A stretch of DNA of 64,000 bases from Octopus vulgaris (GCA_951406725.2 OX597819.1:94116001-94180000), one strand, 5' to 3'. Numbered from the stretch's first letter, positions 1 through 13,668 are shown. A program made the numbers and translations. The notes: generated by a model from the letters alone, not told the origin.

Positions 1-141
1 ATGGTCTCAGTTGTCCTGCCGGGTCTTCTCACGCACAGCATACTTCCAGAGGTCTTGGTCTCTAGTCATTTCCTCAGTGAGACCTAAAGTTCGAAGGTCG
101 TGCTTCACCACCTCGTCCCAGGTTTTCCTGGGTCTGCCTCT
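1..141 (-). mobile_element. RTE LINE fragment (end of ORF; element continues left of the window)
   Basis: The reverse complement encodes RGRPRKTWDEVVKHDLRTLGLTEEMTRDQDLWKYAVREKTRQDN*, nearly identical to the C-terminus of the RTE ORF ending at 49587. Confidence 0.9.
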
Positions 142-3100
142 ATATACATGTGTGTATGTGTGTGTGTGAGAGAGAGAGACTGTCTATATGTATATATGTG
201 TTTCTTACATAAGACAATACTTTCTCAAGTCAACTTATTCCACCTCAGTACATTACCATACTACTGAAAGGGTAAGTTCGTTTTGTTGTTCAGCTCCAAA
301 CTGGTTTGATCAAGAAGATTTAGGATCAGAAACACTCTAAATGTGATCTTATTCCACTATATAATACACCTAAGACCACATAATATAATGTCATTTTTAA
401 AGACCACAGAATGTGATTAAACAGATAAGGCTGCTATTTTTAGCAGACCAAAATACCATGAAGAGACACTTCTTTAATGCATAATGTAAGGCAATGTTCA
501 TCCAAATTGTATTAGAAACTAGTAAATATTTAGAATGGGACTATACATTGCAAAAGTACCTCCCAAATCTCTCTTAGCTACAAAATACTCCATACTCTGT
601 ATAACATAACTACAGCTGATGACTTTTGGTTAAAATCATTTGAAAACAGGGTATAGATATTTGGCATATACAATGACAAATATAGGTTTTCTCTCATATA
701 TGATAAATTCCTTTCTCAAATATTTCATATATATTTTCTTGATTTTACTTGTGTATTAAATCATTTAGGCAGTAGATTGGTAAAATTAGAGCATAAGATA
801 GAATACATTGATGCATTTAGTTCCAGCTCTTCACTTTCTAAGTTCAAATCCTAGTTAGGTTGAATTCATAATTCATTCTCCTTGAGGTCAATAAAATAAA
901 TACTAGTAAATCAATATTCTTTTGCAACAGCCAAAAAATAATTTTAGTAATTTATTGCTCTGTTTTTCACTATCATGAGGTCAAGCAATTGACTCCAATT
1001 TATCAGTGCAAGTGCATAGGCTAAATAAAAAGTAATTTTGTTAATAAAAAAAAAATCAAGAATTTAAACTTCATCTAATTAATAGAGATATTTGATAAAG
1101 ATATATTAATTTTAGCCTTCGTAATATTCAGAGGAAATTTATGTTGCATTTCAATTATAAAAATAAATTATAGTTTGGTAAATTTTTGATTAAGGAAATC
1201 CAAAGTTAATTTTAGTTCAGCATTAAAAAAAATATATATATATTAATAAGTTTGAAATTTAGAAATTTGATAAGGTACTTTTTAATATATCAGTCTAATT
1301 AATGCAGACAGCATTATATTTGATATAATTTTTCATATTATTTACATGACTAGTATGTAATAATTTAGAATTGATAGAGAGATGCATGTACATTAACTAA
1401 ATTTAAGCAATTTGCCGTGACAACAGAAGAGCTTCTTATGTGGCTACTCAAGATGTTAGAAAAACAGTCAAATATCCCTTATAATCAGAGCTTTTCTTGT
1501 AGGATAGTGAGAACTTGTGAGGACTGAAAAAAGGAAAGATGCATTGCTATGATTAATAATTTTAAACCAGTCATGGACAAACTGCAACTCATGGGACTTT
1601 CTCAATGACATACCTAACAAATGTTACCTTGAATTTCTTTTATACTAATGCAGCCTATCTTATGATAAACCATGTTTCATGGCCTGCTTCTCAAAAAAGG
1701 TTACCTGTACCTGTTTTAAACCTTTAAAACTTGTCCAACACTATGGTGAAGAAAGAATTCATATGCATATAAACTCTATTGAGTGGAGTAGGAGAGAACG
1801 ACTTCAATATTTTTGGGGCAGGGCAAGGTTGGCATTTGTTAGTTTGAGAACAACCACCTCAAATCACATCCTATTGTCTTAAAAAGGATTGCATCTAATG
1901 ATACATTGCTCTATGTAGTGTGTCTGCCTGTGTGAGCAGGTGTAAGCATACATATTGTATTGTATAGCTGAATGGTGAAAAAGATCACTTCACAATCATT
2001 AAGTCCTGGGTTTGATCCAACTGCAAGACATCTTGAATAAGTGTCTTTTAGACTTTGGTTTGGCCCAAGCACTGTAAGTATAACTCAATACACAGTAGCA
2101 GTGCAGAAGCCAATTTGATGAATTCTTACCTTGAATTCAAAGGCCCAGTCTTGTCCCACACTGTGTAATGCTGACTCCAAGGATTACACATGTCTGCAAA
2201 ATACTCAGTCACTTATAAGTTAATTCAATGAGCAGATTGTTCATTTGATCCTTTTATACACACACATAAACACACATGTGCACACATATATATAAACACA
2301 TTTGTGTATGTATTTGAATTTATCAGAAAATATTAAGTAAAAACGACTTATAAATTGGAAATAAACAATTTCTATTTCAAACAAAATAAAAATCCTATTT
2401 CTGTGCCTGACACAAAATTACATTATTTTTAAATCAAATTTAATTTCATATATTATAGACTACACACTTGAAGCATATTTTATATCTATACATAAATAAA
2501 AATAAAATAAATAAATAAACCAAAAACATATATAGATATATGTTAGAAATATACGTCAGAGGAAGGTGTAAGGATACTGCAAGTAACCAGTGTGGTTATG
2601 CCACAAATTTTTCCTAGTTTTCTAATCCTATTAAGGCCTACATTGCTTCTCTTCACAATTCTGCAGTTGCTAAAAGAAATATATACCAGTGGCATTCTGA
2701 GGCCAACTTAGATTGTAGAGAAAAAGAATTATTTTATAAACTTGCATATTAAAATTTCATATTAAAAGACTTATTGAATTTATATTTGCATATTAAACAT
2801 TATTTATAAAAAGTATAAAGGAAAATAGCAATGAAATGGTGACAAATAGGAAATTAACACTTCCATTTTAATCTTTTTACGTTATATGCATCACAAAAAT
2901 TTAATTACTCTTCGGGGCTGTGCTATAATATGACCCTTATAAGGATGAAACAATATGCCATATGCTGGCAGAATGCCAAAATTTAAAGCAGTAAGAGTAA
3001 AATGTAAACAAGACAAAATACCATCACATTTTATTAAGTAAAAATAGTTTTAAAAAATAGCCTTTTAAAACTGAGGCAATTTTATTAAATAGAAGTTTGC

Positions 3101-4520
3101 TAGAAATTTGTATTTAGTGAAAAAAATTAATAAGTTATAACTGTTTCATATGCACTAATTAAATGTAAGCAATTAATTTTCTGGTGGTATTCAGGGAGCC
3201 TTTTATGTTACTGCTCAACATGTATGTTGTATCAGTGTTTCTCATAGGATGGTGCAGCATGTGAAGAGGGTTACTTCATTCTCAAATATGGTACAATAGG
3301 CAGTGTAATTGGCAGAATCATTATTGTGTCAGACAAATGCCTTATGGCTACCTGCATTCAAAACTTGTAAAGGTTACCTTTACCTTTCATGCTTCTGAAC
3401 TTCTCAGATAGTGGACTGCTGAAATCATTAAAGTATCGGATAAGATTCTTTGCAGAATTTTCCTAGTTCTTTTCATTCTGAGTTCAAATCCTGAAGTGGC
3501 ATATGCAGGTGACTGATTTAATCCATCACCCAGTTTAACCTGTCCACCTTGTTCTTGGTACCTTTAGTAGAATATACTTTGTTGCAAACATTGAAAGCAA
3601 GACTTTAGGTTGAAGACACTTTTTCCCACTTTTCCTTATATCTTAGAGGCCCTGTGAAGGACCAAAATAAAATAAAGTGCAAATATTATATTTGAAAGTA
3701 TTTGATATTTCAAAATTCTAAGAATCCTTATTCTATCTTTATCTTTTATCTTTTACTTGTTTCAGTCATTAGACTGCGGCCATGCTGGGGCAATGCCAAG
3801 AAGAATTTTTAGTCAAATGAATTGATCTCAGTACTTATCTTTTTTAAAACTTGTTACTTATTCTATCAATCAGTCTGTTTTTTCAGAACACTAGTTGTCA
3901 AGGGGTGGTGGTGGAGACAAACACAAACACACACATCACACACACACACACACACACATATATGATTGATTCTTTGATTGATTCTAGTTTCAGCTCATGA
4001 GCTGTGGCCATGCTGGGGCACCACCATAAATATATCATGGACTCTCCCATTGTTAGACAAAGTATGAGAGTTCAGCAATTTTTTGCCAAACAAACACACA
4101 GATGATTTGTTTAGAATGATCAAATGCTTGTGTTCACATAAGTTCACTCCCTCCATCAAATCGACATTACCTGTTCAGGTGCATGTTGAATGAATTTCTG
4201 TGACCTCCTAATATTGCAAAATTAGGTTACTTAAGGTGAGCCTGGTAACTGATGGTTTGGGGGTCTTGTTGTTTGTAACTTTTCGTGAGCCATGATGCAA
4301 CCAACAACACGGTAAAAATCCTTGCTTTTAACTTGGTGTGGATGGATAATATCAAATAATTTAATTACAACATATAGTTAAATTAAACACGAAAAACATT
4401 GAAATATTACATGGAAAAATTGAAATATTATCTTCCAGTATTTTATAAGGTAAAATCTTAAATTATTAATTGACACATTATTAATTATCTTATAACAGCA
4501 GTTCCTGGAAAAATCATAGA

Positions 4521-5034
4521 TTACATGGAAAAATGTGAGCACGAAGTCATATTCTTAAGATTATAAACCTGGAAAAGTACAGGACAAGTTATTTACACCT
4601 GTAAAAGTATAGAAGCTATTACTTCTAGTAAAGTAAAGAATAAGAAAGTTTTTACTTAAAATATTGCAGCTAAAATTAAAATTTGAATATTAAAACTTAT
4701 TTTATTATAGTTTTCAAATAATGCTATACTTATTTAAGTAGAATTTGGCTAATTTACTACCTTAAATACAGAAAAAAGTGACTAATTAGACAAACTTATA
4801 AATCAGCTGAACAGTTTTGCACAATGAATTTAAAAGATGAGAACTGTAAAGAGTGATAAATTAGAAGAACTGGCATTCTTTGCTGCAATAGTTTAAGTAA
4901 AAAGTTTCTTATTCTTTACTTTACTAGAAGTAATAGCATGTCCAATACTTTTACAGGTGTAATAACTTGTCCTGTATTTTTCCAGGTTTATAATCTTAAG
5001 AATATGACTTTTCATGCTTGCATTTTTCCATGTA

Positions 5035-5035
<1 letters not shown>
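4521..5035. repeat. Fold-back element with ~150-bp inverted arms (MITE-like or PLE-derived) next to (TA)n
   Basis: 4521-4670 (ttacatggaaaaatg...atattgcagc) is the reverse complement, with a few differences, of 4882-5035 (gctgcaata...catttttccatgtaa); ~210-bp spacer. Confidence 0.85.
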
Positions 5036-5077
<42 letters not shown>

Positions 5078-5079
<2 letters not shown>

Positions 5080-5703
5080 TACCACTTTTCTCTTCCTTTG
5101 TACGGCCACACCTTGAATACTGCTGCCCACTGTGGTCTCCCCATACAAGACAAAACATCTCCAGGATTGAGTCACCCGAGAGGGTACTCACTAAACGAAT
5201 TGAAGACATGGCTGCTCTCGATTATTGGGATCGCCTTAAAGCCTTGAAACTTTACTCCCTCCAGTGTCGCCGTGAGCGGTACATCATTTGTACGATGTGG
5301 AGAATATACCGCCAACTTTGCCCAAACGACCTTAACATTAGCTTCAAGGTTCATCCAAGACTGGGACCACGGGCCATACGTCCCCTGCCCAATTCAAGAT
5401 CACAACATATATGTACACTGCAACATAATTTCTTTTCCTCAACAGGCCCTGCCCTATTTAACATTGTCCCGGGGGAGATCAAGGAGGAAAAGGATCCCAT
5501 CAACTTTAAACGGAGTCTGGATAGATTCCTTCAAAGAATACCAGATAAGCCACCCATAATTGGATACAACTCATCCAACAAGAACTCACTACTTGAACAA
5601 AACTTGACTTAAACAGGATTCGAATAATCCTATCAGGTGGTGCTATTAAGTTAGACATGGCCTGGACCAATCTTTGGTCGGAACATATCTAAGTTATCTA
5701 AGT

Positions 5704-5705
<2 letters not shown>
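5078..5705 (+). mobile_element. CR1-clade LINE 3' fragment (RT C-terminus and 3' UTR)
   Basis: The ORF reads LFSSFVRPHLEYCCPLWSP...IESPERVLTKRI...LKLYSLQCRRER, the typical CR1 ORF2 end. It finishes in a short tandem tail (atctaagtt x2) and is embedded in (TA)n. Confidence 0.85.
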
Positions 5706-5735
<30 letters not shown>

Positions 5736-5891
5736 TATATACTGTATATTTATGTTATATTCTGTAAGGAATGTGGTAGAGTGATAGAGTACAGTATAAA
5801 GCTCATCCACCTTTAGACTTACACAGTACTATTGGTAGTATTATTATATACTTCCAATTTTGAATTTGGGCATTCGTCATGTGTGAATAAA

Positions 5892-6123
5892 AATTGAAGA
5901 AATTGGAGTCAAGAAGAGGAGTACAGTTGGACATTTATTATTCGCTACAATTGTTTTGACACAACATAGTTCTCCAAGAGTACAAGTATTTGATTATGCA
6001 AACAAACAATTGCATAATCAAATACCTGTTTTCTTGGAGAACTATGTTACATTAAAACAATTGTAATGAATAATAAACAAACGTCCAACTGTACTCCTTC
6101 TTTTTGACTCCAGTTTCTTCAAT

Positions 6124-6124
<1 letters not shown>
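5892..6124. repeat. Near-perfect palindrome (~110-bp arms, ~10-nt loop) with a hammerhead 3'-half-like motif
   Basis: aattgaagaaattggagtca...gattatgcaa is mirrored by ttgcataatc...gactccagtttcttcaatt. Both arms contain AAAACAATTGTA (resembles GAAAC, palindromic stem III, GUA). Confidence 0.8.
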
Positions 6125-6190
<66 letters not shown>

Positions 6191-6427
6191 GGGACAGCAA
6201 AAGAATGAGACCTCAATATTAGATAAATAGAGGATTATTTATATATGTATAGTTTAGGACAATCGTTAAGTTGTTGGAGTTTCAAATGCTGGAGCTAAGA
6301 GTTACGATGAATTCTCATCGGCTATTATAGCATCTATTACTATTAATAGCCAATGAGAATGATTGTAGCTCTTAGTTCCTGCATTTGAAACTCTGAGTAT
6401 TATTATGACAACTTATTGTCCTAAACT

Positions 6428-6440
<13 letters not shown>
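6191..6440. mobile_element. Palindromic Penelope-like terminal-repeat relic
   Basis: Arms ~6241-6327 and ~6344-6440 are inverted. The left end (gacagcaaaagaatgagacctcaatattagataaatagagga) matches the arms of the 59862-60195 palindrome. Confidence 0.7.
6344..6405 (+). ncRNA. Minimal type I hammerhead ribozyme motif (decayed core)
   Basis: Stem I TAATAG/TTATTA; core CCAATGA (the inverted arm keeps CCGATGA); stem II GAATG/CATTT; GAAA; stem III ACTC-T-GAGT; cleavage triplet GUA. Confidence 0.7.
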
Positions 6441-6473
<33 letters not shown>

Positions 6474-6475
<2 letters not shown>

Positions 6476-6720
6476 TGGTGTTTGTCTACTCCTTATGCAG
6501 AGTTTGGCAACCTCCTGTACCTGCACCTTAGAACCATCATGGCTATCATGGCATCTGATGCGTCTTTTGAAATCAGACAATGTTTTGAAAAGACACCCAC
6601 ATAGTTTGCATATCTAATTCAGACCACCAAGAGCTACAGTTAAGTTCTGATCTTCGTGGATCTTAAAATGTCTTTTGAGGCCTCTATTAGATTTGCAGGT
6701 CTTCTGACATACATTGCATT
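6474..6720 (-). mobile_element. Degenerate LINE 3' end with C2H2 zinc fingers (probably RTE-type)
   Basis: The reverse strand reads CNVCQKTCKSNRGLKRHFKIH...*ICKLCGCLFKTLSDFKRRIRCH with an internal stop; (TA)n on both sides. Confidence 0.55.
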
Positions 6721-6795
6721 ATATATATTGTATGTGTATATATATACAGTATACATATATACATACATACATACATACATACATACATACATACA

Positions 6796-6856
<61 letters not shown>

Positions 6857-6863
6857 TGTGTAT

Positions 6864-6934
<71 letters not shown>

Positions 6935-7278
6935 GTAGGTAGGTAGGTGGGGATTTTTTGGGTGGATGGATGGATGGATAGACAGACAGACAGATAGATA
7001 GATAGCTAGATAGATATAAAGGTCTTTTTCCAGTTTTCTTCTAAATTCACTCTCAAAGCTTTGTTTGGCCTGACATGCCATCCATGTTTCTTTAAAGCAA
7101 ATCTACCAAAACATTCCTCCTCTAATGAAATAGTTATTACTTCATTTGTGCATTGTTATACTTCAAAACTATTCTTACATTCTCTTCATTGTCGTTTTTA
7201 TATATCTTGCGTTCATATGATTCTTAGTCTTTGAAATCATTTCTTTATTTTGTATTTCTTTTATACTCCTTTATACTA

Positions 7279-7787
7279 TACTAGCAGTATCGCCTGGCGT
7301 TGCTCGGGTTTGTAAGGGAAATAACTATATAAGCATTTTTAGAGAGTTACTTCCCTTATAAATTCGGGCTTTCTTAGCCATTTTTGTTTTGGTGTCTTCA
7401 AGCCATGAAGTCGTTGTTCTAAAAGAACGCTGGTTTCCTTCACAACGCATTACGACGTTGATTTCTTTACACTCCCTTCCCCACAGCTTCACGAGGGAGG
7501 GAAGGGGGAGAAGCAAACAGGTGCAGCTGTGAGCGTGGACGCCAACTCCGCCGCCATCGACACACGATGCATTTTATGCATTAAAATGGAATAAAAAATG
7601 ATGTTAAATTATTTTTAAAATCGTAGACTCATCGTTGACGCGCGCTAATAATCAGACGGGCTCGATATGAATCACGACTATAAGATACCCGAATTTGGTT
7701 AAACTGCACCGCAAAATGTGGGAGGAGTTAGGAATCTAAATCGAAGGGGACAGACACTCACACAACTACAGTTTTATATATATAGAT
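7279..7787. mobile_element. Non-autonomous Helentron/DINE-like rolling-circle element
   Basis: One end is TACTAGCAGTATCGCCTGGCGTTGCTCGGG (short GC hairpin), the other is ...GACAGAC...TTTTATATATATAGAT; the interior is CpG-rich (young). Related ends occur at ~32180-32208 and ~38178-38208. Confidence 0.7.
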
Positions 7788-8925
7788 ATTCTCTCTCTTT
7801 ATACTTTTCTCTTTCTATTTTCATTCTCTTTATAACTCCTTTACCACGACCACCACGATCACCATTATTTTTATGTCATTCATTTTGTGACACTTGATTG
7901 CAAACATCCCCTCCACATGTTTTGCAACTAAAATGAAATGACTTTTTTTTTTACTTTTAACAGAACTACTTAAATTTCAAGAAACCTTTATTCTAATAAT
8001 ATCTCCAATCTTTTTTCATTGAATATTTAATTAAAATTGGCATGTTTAATTTGAAGTTAATATTTTTTTTATTATTAACATTATGATCCTTTTGTTTTTT
8101 GTTGTTTTTTTTTTCTCTTTTTTGCTGTTATTTTTCTAAAAAAATTGACAAAAACAAAAAAAATAGAGAAACCAATAATGAATTTCCTAGAAGAAAGTTA
8201 ATTACCATGTTCCTGGTTTATTTATTTTCTAAATTAATGAAGAAATAATCATGTGACAACCTTTTCCCCAGATTAAATTGAGAAAAGGTTAAAAAACAAG
8301 CCTCAGTTAAACTATTTATTTATTAAATTATTTATTTAAGGGTTCTTTCCTTTGCTTTGTATTTTTTTACAGTGGTTGGTGGGAGGGGGCACATTGCCTT
8401 GTTTTTGTTTTCATCTTTTTATTAATGTATTTTTCAATCCTTAAAAGGACATACATAATAAAAATAAAAATATAATAAAACTGAAAACCCACAAGGAAGT
8501 GAATTAGATCATTAGCAGAGACATTCTATATTTTGTAAAGAAGCAGCAAGTTGTTATAAATGCAACAACTCTTAAAAGATAAACAGCGAATAATAAAACA
8601 TTTGCTTTTTCTGACCAGAACCAGAAACAACAGGATATTTAAATTTGTAAAAGAAAAAAAAAAAACAGGAAAAAGCCTAAGAATTGTAAAATTAGCTTTG
8701 AATGATGAAAGTTTTTAGTCTCTTCTATGCAATGGTAGTATCAGCAGGCTTCAACTCTTCTGCATTAGATTTAAAAATTTAGAATTAAGTATTTTGCTAG
8801 TGGTCCCACTCTTTGTGAAATTATGTTCATGTATACACTCACACAGACACATGCCCATTAAATTATACACACACATTTATCAGACTCAGAGTTATCCATG
8901 TATTAGTTCAATAAACTATTCATAT

Positions 8926-9333
8926 AGGTGCAGGAGTGGCTGTGTGGTAAGTAGCTTGCTTACCAACCACATGGTTCCGGATTCAGTCCCACTGCGTGGC
9001 ATCTTGGGCAAGTGTCTTCTACTATAGCCTCGGACCGACCAATACCTTGTGAGTGGATTTGGTAGACGGAAACTGAAAGAAGCCTGTCATATATATGTAT
9101 ATGTATGTGTGTGTATATGTTTGTGTGTCTGTGTTTGTCCCTCTAACATTGCTTGACAACCGATGCTGGTGTGTTTATGTCCCCGTCACTTAGTGGTTCC
9201 GCAAAAGAGACCGATAGAATAAGTACTGGGCTTACAAAGAATAAGTCCCGGGGTCGATTTGCTCGACTAAAGGCGGTGCTTTAGCATGGCCACAGTCGAA
9301 TGACTGAAACAAGTAAAAGAGTAAGAGTAAAGA
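8926..9333 (+). mobile_element. tRNA-derived SINE, family A (CORE-like)
   Basis: tRNA-like head (gtggctgtgtggtaag...ttcagtccc), CORE-like cttgggcaagt, internal (TA/TG)n, tail gactgaaacaagtaaaagagtaa; multiple close copies in the window. Confidence 0.9.
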
Positions 9334-10467
9334 GAGATATAAGTTTCAATATTGCATGAACTTATATGTGAAGTTCAGTTCAGCTATCTTAACTTTAGAC
9401 ACCATCAACTGCAAATAACCTCCTACTTCTACATACACACATGCATGCATACGCACGTACACACACACTCACACATAACCACTAAGTATACATTCTTTAC
9501 TATTAATAAATGTCCATATCACACATTTGTTCATGAGCCAATGAAGGGGTTCCTATTCTATTACATGGCCTACATGAAATAGCAGTTAAATTTCCCTCAA
9601 ATGATCTTCCATACCACCTTAAAAGCAGAAAGTATATAATGTAGTCTTAGAAATACTGTTTCTGAAGAAGATAGAATGGTCATATCAGGAATATTTTTGG
9701 TTATATATCTGCTTGCTCAGAAATGTCCTGTGGTTAAACAGCAGCCACATGTTCACAAACCAGTGACAAAGTATTTATTGCTTAACCTGCTACAAATAAC
9801 AGCTGATTACCCTCTTAAATCATGTCTCAACAGCTTAATAAAACAAAATACTCATAGAATAATCTAGCCCCAAGTACCCTTTCTTTAAGGTCTTCACTCC
9901 CTGTAAAGCATAAACAATTGACAACTTTATGCCTTCATTCTTGACCTCTAGGCTTTTTTTTTGTTTCCCTTCAGTTGCATCTCTGCTTTTTCGAATCTAC
10001 TTCAGTATCTTTCCTACTGTTACTTTTAGGGCGTCCTCTCTTCCACCTTCCTTCTAGATTCATGTTTCTCTGGTGGAAAGTCATCTTCTCCAAGGTTTTC
10101 TTGGTTCTGAATTATCATTGATGCTTTAGTAACTTTGCTTTTTTCTAGATAGGAGTACTTGGCCTTAAGTAAATCCAAATTTACCTCTAGGAATAGATGG
10201 TCCATATTAGTACAGCCTCTGCCCGTTCACCTATTCAGTATGAGAGGGACTTAACAGGAGCTTCCAATCAGTTGGCATAACTCTCAGGGTCATTGAGACA
10301 TGCAGCTCACCATACAACCACTAAGAACTGGACCCTGTAACGGAGTCTTAGTTATATTATGTCTTAAAAAACTATACTATGGTCATAGCTGGAATGTCTT
10401 TGATCTTAGCTTTGCTCAGTCACAATTGACATGAGGCTAAACAATGCCATTAATAGACATCCATATT

Positions 10468-10685
10468 AAGGCAGCGAGCTGGTAGAACCATTACCATACT
10501 GGAAAAAAATGCTTAGTGGCATTTCTTCCACCTTTACATTCTGAGTTCAAATACTGCCAAGGTGAACTTAGTCTTTCATCCTGTTGTGGGACAATAAAAT
10601 AAGTACCAGTTGAACACTGTGTCCAATGTAATCGACTTACCTCCTCCTCCACAATTGCTGGCTTCGTGCCAAAATCTGAAACCAG
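10468..10685 (+). mobile_element. tRNA-derived SINE, family B (Meta/MESC-like domain), diverged
   Basis: aggcagcgagctgg...ttctgagttcaaat...tttcatcc...aataagtaccag; same family as 28551 and 36624. Confidence 0.7.
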
Positions 10686-11128
10686 TATATATCTACATCA
10701 ATACATCAATACAAGAGGATTTCAAATAGGTAGAGTTGTTGGAGTGACTTGTAGTATTCATCCTACATCTCAATAGTCCAAACTCAAAACCCACCAAGGT
10801 CAAATTTGTCTTTCATATTTTCAGGGTTGAATAATTATATATATATATATATATATATACTTTTTAAATGGAATTCTGAAAAATATAAGAACAATAACTT
10901 TGAATATTGGGTTTTAAATTTCACACTCTTTGTGCAAAGAGAATAGAATTGCAATAGCTAACAACTTTTAGAAATAATGTTAGAGGAGACAAATACTTAG
11001 GTCTGATTAAGAGGAAGAAAATTCTTATTTCTTCTATTTCCTTAAGTAGATTGTAAATGACTGATCTGTTTGAAGATTATTTTTCTGACAATTTAACACC
11101 AAGACCCTTCATCACATAAGTATGCATG

Positions 11129-11535
<407 letters not shown>

Positions 11536-12336
11536 TCCATTATATTATCTCAGAGGGGATCACAGATAATTTACCAATAGCAGGATAGATTTACAGGATA
11601 AAGACCTATCTATTTTTTTTTTTATCACTGTTATGATCTTTCAAATCTTCCATTATGTTAGTTTTAAAGCATTTTTTAAAACTATTCTGAAAAGAAAAAG
11701 TATAAAATTTGAGAGAAAATCTTTGAAAAGATAATATATCTTATATAGAAGCTGACAAAGGAATTTCAATTTTTTCAACATTTGTTGATGTAAAGTTACT
11801 TAGAATCTTATTGTTAAGCTTGTCATGCAGGGAAGTTGAAGGATTAAAATGATGCAGTCAGTTTTATTTTTAAACTGTTACCTGTTATGAGTGTATCTCT
11901 AGCATGCTATTTCATGACACTTGAAGATTTAATATATTTGTAATGTTTTTTTTAGATAAAATATGAGTAGCAAAATATAATATAGGCAAGCTGTTGGGTG
12001 ATGACTTGATGTGTATTAATTTTAATGCATAAGTACTTTTTTTATGTAAATTGCTGCCTCTTATAGAATACAGAAAATCCTTTCAGTTAATATCTAGGTT
12101 GTCAGCATTGGGTTAGAAAGGGCATCAAGTTGCAAACCACTTGCAATAATGATACATACAAATCACTTTAATTTGTTGCTTTATATAATCCATAATCAAA
12201 ATTTTGAAGAATACAAACAAGTTCTGGGTTCAGTCCCACAGTGTGACACTTTGGGCAAGTGTCTTCTACTATAGCCTCAGGCTGACCAAAGCCTTGTGAG
12301 TGGATTTGGTAAACAGGAACTGAAAGCCTGTCATGC

Positions 12337-12379
<43 letters not shown>

Positions 12380-12829
12380 CATCATGATGATCATCATTTA
12401 TCATCTGCTTTCCATACTGGCATGGGTGAGACGGGACCAGAACTGGTAAGCTGGAGAGCTGCACCAGGTTCTATAATCTGTTTTGGCTTGATTTCTAAAA
12501 AACACCCATTACACTCCTTAAGAGTGTAATGAGTGCTTTTTATGTGCCCCTAGCATGGGTGTCATTTCTATAACACCCACAACTATGATTTCATGGATGC
12601 TATTTACATGACACCAGCAACAGCTACAACTACAATTTCACAATAAGTGCCAGGTTTAAAAATAATAAGTACTAAGGTTGATTCATTCGACTAAAAATTC
12701 TTCAAGGTGGTGCCCCAGCATGCCCACAGTCTAATGACTGAAACAAGCAAATGATAAAAGATAGTAAGATATAAAATTATAAAATAAAAATGTAAATGAT
12801 TATTGAATATTTTAAAATATGATGTTAAA

Positions 12830-13070
<241 letters not shown>

Positions 13071-13085
13071 CATGTCTTTTTGCAG

Positions 13086-13375
13086 AAAAGAAGATGTTAG
13101 CATTGCCTTGTGCAGGTGCAACAGATCCTTTGACTTCCTCAATGCATATTTGTTTATCACGAGAACTAGCAGCGATACCTTTGCCTGATGGTCCAGGCAA
13201 CCCCCCTATCATCACCCATACAGCAGCAACACCCATGGCCACACCCCAAGGTTCCCCGAATGAGATGCTTACCAAAGACACTAACAACAAATTATCTGTA
13301 ATCAGACCAGTACTTCAGCGCCAATCAACAGTTCATCGGAGTTCCTTATCAGTTGAATCCTCCGACAGATCATCG
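13086..13375 (+). CDS. Cav3: Internal exon of a T-type voltage-gated calcium channel alpha1 subunit (domain II-III linker)
   Basis: Acceptor tttttgcag|, donor TCG|gtaagt, open frame KKMLALPCAG...PPIITHTAATPMATPQGSP...SSDRSS. PPxIxxTAATPMxxPxS matches the linker motif I recall from CACNA1G (PPLIIHTAATPMSLPKS) and CACNA1H (PPLIMCTAATPMPTPKSSP). Confidence 0.82.
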
Positions 13376-13458
13376 GTAAGTGATGCATTTTATTATTTTC
13401 TCTGTCAGCTTCTCATACACTGAACTTCTCTTTCCATCATCCATTTTTCCCCTCTTAA

Positions 13459-13668
13459 CCCTCTAGTGTCACATTACTCGTTCAGAAGTAAATCTTATTT
13501 ATCCTCATTTTTCTGTATTAATCATGTATTATGTTGTACCTTTGAGATTTTGAAGAGGTAACTGTTAATATTTAGAATGAGACTATAGGGTTGGTGTGAG
13601 AGGCCAGATCTGGTCATAAAACAGGTAGAATATTTTAACCAGATATGGCCGGTTTAGAAGCAAAAGAG
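13459..13668. mobile_element. piggyBac-like MITE
   Basis: TTAA|CCCT...AGAG|TTAA ends (TTAA target duplication). Similar TTAA-bounded elements lie near 26601-26812 and 63225-63404. Confidence 0.55.

Noticed and set aside
249-271. Possible 23-nt exon (cctcag|...|gtaagt)
   Set aside because: The frame needed to join the phase-1 acceptor at 13086 contains TGA; no other support.
2915-3020. R4-like CCHC remnant (ETICHMLAEC) and a REL-like remnant near 39395-39530
   Set aside because: Too short and degenerate to delimit with confidence.
6540-6720. Host C2H2 zinc-finger gene
   Set aside because: Internal stop, no TGEKP linkers, bounded by (TA)n; better explained as a LINE C-terminus.
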